Below, piece after piece: positions 16,425 to 21,266 of a stretch of 21,266 nt of DNA. A model generated the notes under the pieces. It was not told the origin of the DNA and did no database searches. It was given only the letters and a program-made list of their open reading frames with translations. The stretch spans positions 1 to 21,266 of the forward strand of contig CAZPWM010000051.1 of assembly GCA_964590575.1 (NCBI GenBank), written 5' to 3'. The position numbers and the translations under genes were made by a program. How positions within the stretch are numbered: the stretch's first letter is position 1; each line of letters starts with the position of its first letter. This stretch comes from an uncultured archaeon. Its GTDB lineage: Archaea; Asgardarchaeota; Thorarchaeia; Thorarchaeales; Thorarchaeaceae.

Positions 16425-16453
16425 TCTAAGGAGCTTTTTTTGAGCTCCTTAGA
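16425..16453. terminator. 11-bp perfect inverted repeat between the convergent methyltransferase and nfnB genes
   Basis: TCTAAGGAGCT-TTTTTTG-AGCTCCTTAGA fills most of the 36-nt gap. Confidence 0.7.
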
Positions 16454-16457
16454 ATTA

Positions 16458-17891
16458 CTATTCACCACCCAAGTACTTGTGGATCCCACGAGCAGCTTGC
16501 TTTCCAGCACCCATTGCACTGATGACTGTTGCAGCACCTGTGACAATATCGCCTCCTGCGAATACACCCGGCAGTGAGGACATTCCAGATTCTTCGTCAA
16601 TGACTATGGTGCCCCATCGAGAAACCTCAAGACCCGGAGTTGTTTGTGGAATAATTGGATTTGGAGAGTTACCGATAGCAACAATCACAGTATCAACATC
16701 AATAATGAACTCTGACCCTTCAATAGGAATAGGACGTCGCCTTCCAGAGTCGTCAGGCTCTCCGAGTTCCATCTTGATACACTGCATTCCGATGACTTCA
16801 CCCTTCTCGTTCCCAATGACTTCCGTAGGATTTGTGAGAAGGCGAAAGTTGACTCCTTCCTCTTCCGCATGGTGTACCTCTTCCAAGCGAGCTGGAAGTT
16901 CTTCGCGAGACCGTCTATAAACAATATTGACCTCCTCAGCTCCAAGCCTGAGAGATGTTCTTGCTGCATCCATTGCAACATTTCCACCTCCAATGACTGC
17001 TACGCGAGATCCGATTCGAATAGGAGTATCATATTTGGGAAACTCATATGCTTTCATTAGGTTAACTCTAGTCAGAAACTCGTTTGCTGAGAACACAGTG
17101 ACTAAATTCATACCTGAAATTTTCATAAAGTTGGGAGCCCCTGCGCCGGTACCCAGAAAGACAGCATTATAGCCATCTTTTTCCATTAAATCAAGAACGG
17201 TTCTGATTTTACCAACCACATAATTGTATCTGATTTTTACACCAAGCTTCTCGAGATACTCGACCTCAGACATGACAATCTCTTTTGGCAATCTGAACTC
17301 AGGTATTCCATACATGAGTACACCGCCAGGTTTGTGAAATGCTTCAAAAATTGTGACATCATAACCTATCTTTACAAGATCCCCGGCACAGGTCAAACCA
17401 GCTGGACCAGAACCAATAACAGCTATTTTCTTTCCATTTTTCTTGGGAAGCTTGGGAAGTGGTTCACCATGTGCCCGTGCATAGTCTGCAACAAACCTTT
17501 CGAGACGACCAATTGCAATCGGTTCGTTTCGAATACCATAGATACAAGGAGCTTCGCACTGGGTTTCTTGGGGACAGACACGACCACAGATTGCTGGAAG
17601 GCTGTTGGTTTCTTTGATTTTCAGAGCAGCTTCCATGAATTTCCTCTCTCTTACGAGCTCAACAAACTCTTTGATTGGAACTTCCACTGGGCAACCACTG
17701 ATACACTTAGGATTTCGACACTGGAGGCACTTTCCAGCCTCTTCTAGAGCTTGTTCCTCTGTATAACCAAGAGCGACCTCTTGAAAATTCTTGTTTCGCA
17801 CAAGTGGGTCCTGTTCAGGCATAGGGACTTTTTTCGTTGGAGGTGGTCTCTCACGCTTCTTGGATGGGGTTTCTCCGTCTTTCTCAGACAT
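16458..17891 (-). CDS. nfnB: NfnB/SudA large subunit of NADH-dependent reduced ferredoxin:NADP+ oxidoreductase (GltD-like)
   Basis: CLQC..PKCISGCPV and CGRVCPQETQCE..C Fe-S motifs, GSGPAG, YGIPEFRLP, GGGNVAMD, YRR and FAGGD. ATG 17891 overlaps the nfnA stop (TGATG). No glutamate synthase large subunit is adjacent. Confidence 0.9.
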   Translation of the reverse strand: MSEKDGETPSKKRERPPPTKKVPMPEQDPLVRNKNFQEVALGYTEEQALEEAGKCLQCRNPKCISGCPVEVPIKEFVELVRERKFMEAALKIKETNSLPAICGRVCPQETQCEAPCIYGIRNEPIAIGRLERFVADYARAHGEPLPKLPKKNGKKIAVIGSGPAGLTCAGDLVKIGYDVTIFEAFHKPGGVLMYGIPEFRLPKEIVMSEVEYLEKLGVKIRYNYVVGKIRTVLDLMEKDGYNAVFLGTGAGAPNFMKISGMNLVTVFSANEFLTRVNLMKAYEFPKYDTPIRIGSRVAVIGGGNVAMDAARTSLRLGAEEVNIVYRRSREELPARLEEVHHAEEEGVNFRLLTNPTEVIGNEKGEVIGMQCIKMELGEPDDSGRRRPIPIEGSEFIIDVDTVIVAIGNSPNPIIPQTTPGLEVSRWGTIVIDEESGMSSLPGVFAGGDIVTGAATVISAMGAGKQAARGIHKYLGGE

Positions 17892-18733
17892 CACAGAGCG
17901 CCTCCATGTTCTTCAGCCCACAATTTTTCAGAAATAGCCTCTTGCTCCTTGTACGCATTCAAACGTCCCATAAGCTCGTCGAAATCCACCTCATGACCAT
18001 CAAACTCAGGACCGTCTACACAAGCGAATTTCATCTGCCCACCGACATTGACACGACATGCTCCGCACATTCCAGTCCCGTCAACCATAATGCTGTTTAG
18101 GCTCACGAGTGTATGTATCTCCTTTGCTTTAGTGGTCTTTGCGACAAATTTCATCATAGGAACGGGACCTACTGCAAAAACAAGGTCAATCTGACGACCT
18201 TCAGAGATGAGGTCAGCTAGAACATTGGTTACGAATCCATGTGTTCCGCAGGTACCATCATCGGTTGTTACATAGGTTTCATCACTGATCATTGCCATTT
18301 CATCGCGATAGAGAAGAAGGTCCATGCTCCGTGCGCCGTTAATAGTGATGAGATAATTACCAGCCTCCTTGAAGGCTCTGGCGACAGGAAACACAATTGC
18401 ACTTCCACATCCGCCGCCTATTGCAACGACAGTTCCATATTTTTTGTCAGTCGGGGAGGGTTTGCCTAGGGGACCCACAAAATCTAGAATTGCATCACCG
18501 ATCTCTAGACTTCCAAGAAGTATTGTTGATTTTCCGACCTCTTGAAAAACAATAGTAATTGTTCCCTTCTCACGGTCAAAATCTGCAATAGTGAGTGGAA
18601 AACGCTCTCCAGTTTCATTGACTCGTATCATCACAAATTGACCCGGTTTGCACACCTTAGCTATATCGGGTGCATCAACCACCAGCATCTTAGTGATAGG
18701 ATTCAGAACCTGTTTGAAGAGGATCTTATACAT
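17891..18733 (-). CDS. nfnA: NfnA/SudB small subunit (FAD/NAD-binding, [2Fe-2S])
   Basis: PGQF, ERFPLTIAD, GPLG, GPVPMM and MVDGTGMCGACRV..FACVDGPEF. Confidence 0.92.
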   Translation of the reverse strand: MYKILFKQVLNPITKMLVVDAPDIAKVCKPGQFVMIRVNETGERFPLTIADFDREKGTITIVFQEVGKSTILLGSLEIGDAILDFVGPLGKPSPTDKKYGTVVAIGGGCGSAIVFPVARAFKEAGNYLITINGARSMDLLLYRDEMAMISDETYVTTDDGTCGTHGFVTNVLADLISEGRQIDLVFAVGPVPMMKFVAKTTKAKEIHTLVSLNSIMVDGTGMCGACRVNVGGQMKFACVDGPEFDGHEVDFDELMGRLNAYKEQEAISEKLWAEEHGGAL

Positions 18734-18735
18734 GG

Positions 18736-18811
18736 AATCACTGCCTCGAAATCACCCGGTAACCTCCGAGTGATTAGCGTTGCGATTGAATGGCAGAGAT
18801 AAGCGTTTGGG
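18736..18811 (-). promoter_or_regulatory. Putative nfnAB promoter and structured leader
   Basis: On the - strand, CCCAAACGCTTATCT is BRE/TATA-like (18811-18797). It is followed by the hairpin AATCACTCGG-AGGTTA-CCGGGTGATT (18775-18750) and by GAGGCAGTGATTCC just before the ATG. Confidence 0.55.
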
Positions 18812-18838
18812 TTGGACATAACGGAACTGGCGCCGAAA

Positions 18839-20575
18839 CTACGAGCTATATACATTTCGCACTTCTTTAATCACAAGACCGGGCAAATCCTTTGCGGACT
18901 TGATTGGATACACGACTGCTCCCGCATCTTCAATAGCTTGTTGTGTCCTACTCTTCTTCCCACTATTCCCATTGATGTGAAACAAGAACAGTTTATGGCC
19001 GCGGGTAGTAAGATTATGGACAGACTCAACGAATTTGTCCCAGTTTGCAATCTCCGCATCGGTCATCATAAGCACCATGACGGAAGACTCAGCAGATTCA
19101 CATGCCTTAACAATCTTCTTTACGGGAGCAACAGTTCCCTCACCCTGATAGGCTAGAAGGACGCGTTCTACTTCAGCTTTCGATGTGGACCATTTGCTTG
19201 ATTTACTTCCACTTGAGAAATTGATGGCAGCCACCCTGGAACCCTTCTGCAATGCTACATCCATCGCCGCGAAAGCTGCCACGAGTGCAGTATGATAGGG
19301 ACCGCTGATTGTCTTAGTGGTCATACCCCAAGTCATTGAACCACTAGAATCAATCACAATGAGCATATCAGGAAGCGACTTGGACTGTTCTAATCCCTCT
19401 GAAGCCACCTTCAACCATCTGCGTGTAGATATATTAGGAATGAGTATTGGAAAGGCTTGAAGCGACTGTGCGATGTCCAACTCCTCTAGGGGATCACCAA
19501 TTCTCCAGACCTGAGGTGCGAGAGGAGTAAGTCCAGAGAATTTCCTCGCTTCAACTTCGAAGCGTAACATACCTCGAGCTTTGGCTCGGTACCAGAAATG
19601 TATCCAAGACTCTCGGGAGTTTCCGTAACCTGCAGTAATATAGACACTCTCTAAGTCTTGTAGACTGCCACCGCGTTGCTCGACCTCCACAGCTAGGTCT
19701 TCCATTTCTGCTTCTAAATCAGTAGCTGAGTCTTTCTGCAAACACTTGCGAGCCAAATCCCCGTTTCTAACCTCTATAGGACTGCCCATCATGGAATCAA
19801 CATCTAAAGGAACCATGATAGTTATGACATCTCTTGTAGAATCACCGTCTACATCTTTTCCAGAACTAGCACTGCTACATCCTGGTAATTGTTCGTCATC
19901 ATCCTCTGGCATCCAGTCCGCAATGATTTCGGCAATCTTCTCGCATGCTTTTGGCCACCGTTTCTCATAATCAATTGATTTTCTAGCTACTTTAGCGATT
20001 GCTAAAGCTGCCTCTGAAGTTTTTTGATCGACCTTTGACAGTGGAGGAATGGGAAACCCCCACATAGCGCGATAACTAGCTACAATCAAAATCCAAAGTG
20101 AGCTATGTTCCTGAGCCCTCATTGCAGATTCATGTATCGTCGCATTGATACGACCGTGTGTCAAAGTTGCATACCGTTTCAAAAGTTTGGAGTCCACCAC
20201 AATGTCCGCGAACAAGTTGCACACGAACATTGCCGTCGCATCATTGACTTTCGTTCTGGCTGCTGCGAACATTAAGCCATTTGTAACTCCATCAAAGGGA
20301 CAAAGAAGGTAGTGTTGAATTTCATGATGACAGACGGATCGTAGATATGGTTCAGCTTCATTCGCATCCATGTGAAGAGGAACGCCTGCTGTATTGAGAT
20401 GGACTATCCAGCTCTCAGAGTCGATATAGAAGAAACTTGCAACCTCCGCCATGTATTCAATCTCTGGTTCTGGAAGAGGTGGGTGATAGAAGTCAATCAG
20501 AGCCTGCGCCCATGTCCGTCGAGCTACTTCTGTAAGGCTGTGTTCATGGGAAGCACCTGAAGAAACTTCAGACAA
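18839..20575 (-). CDS. HExxH metallopeptidase-like domain + C-terminal vWA domain protein
   Basis: HHEIQHY and a downstream NLFADIVVD; acidic linker; vWA with MIDAS IVIDSSGS, GEGT and MMTDAE. TTG start. Confidence 0.85.
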   Translation of the reverse strand: MSEVSSGASHEHSLTEVARRTWAQALIDFYHPPLPEPEIEYMAEVASFFYIDSESWIVHLNTAGVPLHMDANEAEPYLRSVCHHEIQHYLLCPFDGVTNGLMFAAARTKVNDATAMFVCNLFADIVVDSKLLKRYATLTHGRINATIHESAMRAQEHSSLWILIVASYRAMWGFPIPPLSKVDQKTSEAALAIAKVARKSIDYEKRWPKACEKIAEIIADWMPEDDDEQLPGCSSASSGKDVDGDSTRDVITIMVPLDVDSMMGSPIEVRNGDLARKCLQKDSATDLEAEMEDLAVEVEQRGGSLQDLESVYITAGYGNSRESWIHFWYRAKARGMLRFEVEARKFSGLTPLAPQVWRIGDPLEELDIAQSLQAFPILIPNISTRRWLKVASEGLEQSKSLPDMLIVIDSSGSMTWGMTTKTISGPYHTALVAAFAAMDVALQKGSRVAAINFSSGSKSSKWSTSKAEVERVLLAYQGEGTVAPVKKIVKACESAESSVMVLMMTDAEIANWDKFVESVHNLTTRGHKLFLFHINGNSGKKSRTQQAIEDAGAVVYPIKSAKDLPGLVIKEVRNVYSS

Positions 20576-20581
20576 TGAAAA

Positions 20582-21265
20582 TTACGCTCCTATCTGTTTC
20601 TCAATCTCGTTCTTCAGATTCAATGCATCAGTTCCACCGGATATCTCAAGAAATACCGCTGACTCAGGAGAGTCCCCTGTTGTATAGATTACAACGGTGA
20701 GACCATCAGTTCGGACAATCTTTCTCTTTGGCGGAGTGAGTGTTTCTTTCAAGACGCTTGTTAATTTTGGAAATTGAAGGCTAATGGTGGTCCAAAGGTC
20801 TTGCCATTGTTCGAAGGTTATTGCAAATTGGGTCAGGGTGAGTCTATGAAGAGCATCTGAAACCTGTTTCAGTAGCATACTCCTATTTGGAAACTCAGTA
20901 TCCACAAGTAAATCATCATAAATTTTTGTCAGTTGTTGTACATCGCGATCTTTGATTCCTTTTTCCATAGTCATCACAGTTTTTGCGTATCCAGACTTTC
21001 TCAATTCCTTTGCAAAGGAGGTATAGTCAAGACGAACTAGCAGGTCACTTTTTGCCATTTCCTTGAGTTCGTCCATTGCATCCTTTGTCTCTTGACCTTG
21101 TTTCAGCTTGTCCATTATTGCTATTGCAGGTGCTCTTTGAGCAAATCTTGATGCGGCTAATTCCACAAGATATGTGATGTAAGCATAAACATCGCCATAA
21201 TAGGGAGACCGTTCGAGTTCATCTCTCGCTAATCGAGTGCGATGCCAGAAGACAAGTGGAGCAAG
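20582..21265 (-). CDS. C-terminal part of a probable MoxR-type AAA+ ATPase (5'-truncated by the window edge)
   Basis: The frame stays open past the ORF-track start (21166) to the window edge, reading LAPLVFWHRTRLARDELERSPYYGDVYAYITYLVELAA. LAPLVFWHR resembles the MoxR lid motif 'lap.vl.HR', and the gene ends 6 nt before a vWA gene. Confidence 0.65.
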   Translation of the reverse strand, partial: LAPLVFWHRTRLARDELERSPYYGDVYAYITYLVELAASRFAQRAPAIAIMDKLKQGQETKDAMDELKEMAKSDLLVRLDYTSFAKELRKSGYAKTVMTMEKGIKDRDVQQLTKIYDDLLVDTEFPNRSMLLKQVSDALHRLTLTQFAITFEQWQDLWTTISLQFPKLTSVLKETLTPPKRKIVRTDGLTVVIYTTGDSPESAVFLEISGGTDALNLKNEIEKQIGA

Positions 21266-21266
21266 A

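Noticed and set aside
16458-17891. Annotation as glutamate synthase small subunit (gltD/'gltA')
   Set aside because: It is coupled to a SudB/NfnA gene and no large subunit is adjacent, which is the Nfn arrangement.
51-20560. Many antisense or alternate-frame ORFs of 60-172 aa (e.g. 2087-2500, 6808-7317, 13255-13773, 16477-16920)
   Set aside because: They are shadows of well-supported genes and have no motifs of their own.
1-21266. CRISPR arrays, tRNA/rRNA genes, IS elements, integrases, selenocysteine/pyrrolysine read-through
   Set aside because: I saw no regularly spaced repeats, cloverleaf, transposase or integrase ORF, and no in-frame stop interrupting a conserved domain. This was by-eye reading only.

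Overview
An archaeal core-genome window with 18 recognisable coding regions. The gene repertoire and divergence suggest an Asgard archaeon, possibly Thorarchaeia, but this is inference only. On the + strand it carries a thermosome subunit, a COG4028-like P-loop NTPase, thioredoxin reductase, a secreted and membrane-anchored prenyltransferase-fold protein, a 526-aa unknown protein that looks like a degenerate HerA/FtsK-fold ATPase, an AbrB+ACT-like small protein coupled to an AsnB-like protein lacking the catalytic N-terminal Cys, and the HMG-CoA synthase/thiolase/DUF35 mevalonate-entry operon. Next come two tandem metallophosphoesterase paralogs (-), a divergent PPAT/GTP-dependent dephospho-CoA kinase fusion (+), nnr (-), a SAM methyltransferase (+), nfnAB (-), an HExxH+vWA protein (-) and the truncated C-terminus of a probable MoxR AAA+ ATPase (-). 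I saw no rRNA, tRNA, CRISPR array or mobile element. The best leads are the pseudo-HerA protein, the Cys-less AsnB module, a possible two-state RNA structure in the nfn leader, and hairpins that recur about 25 nt downstream of TATA-like boxes.
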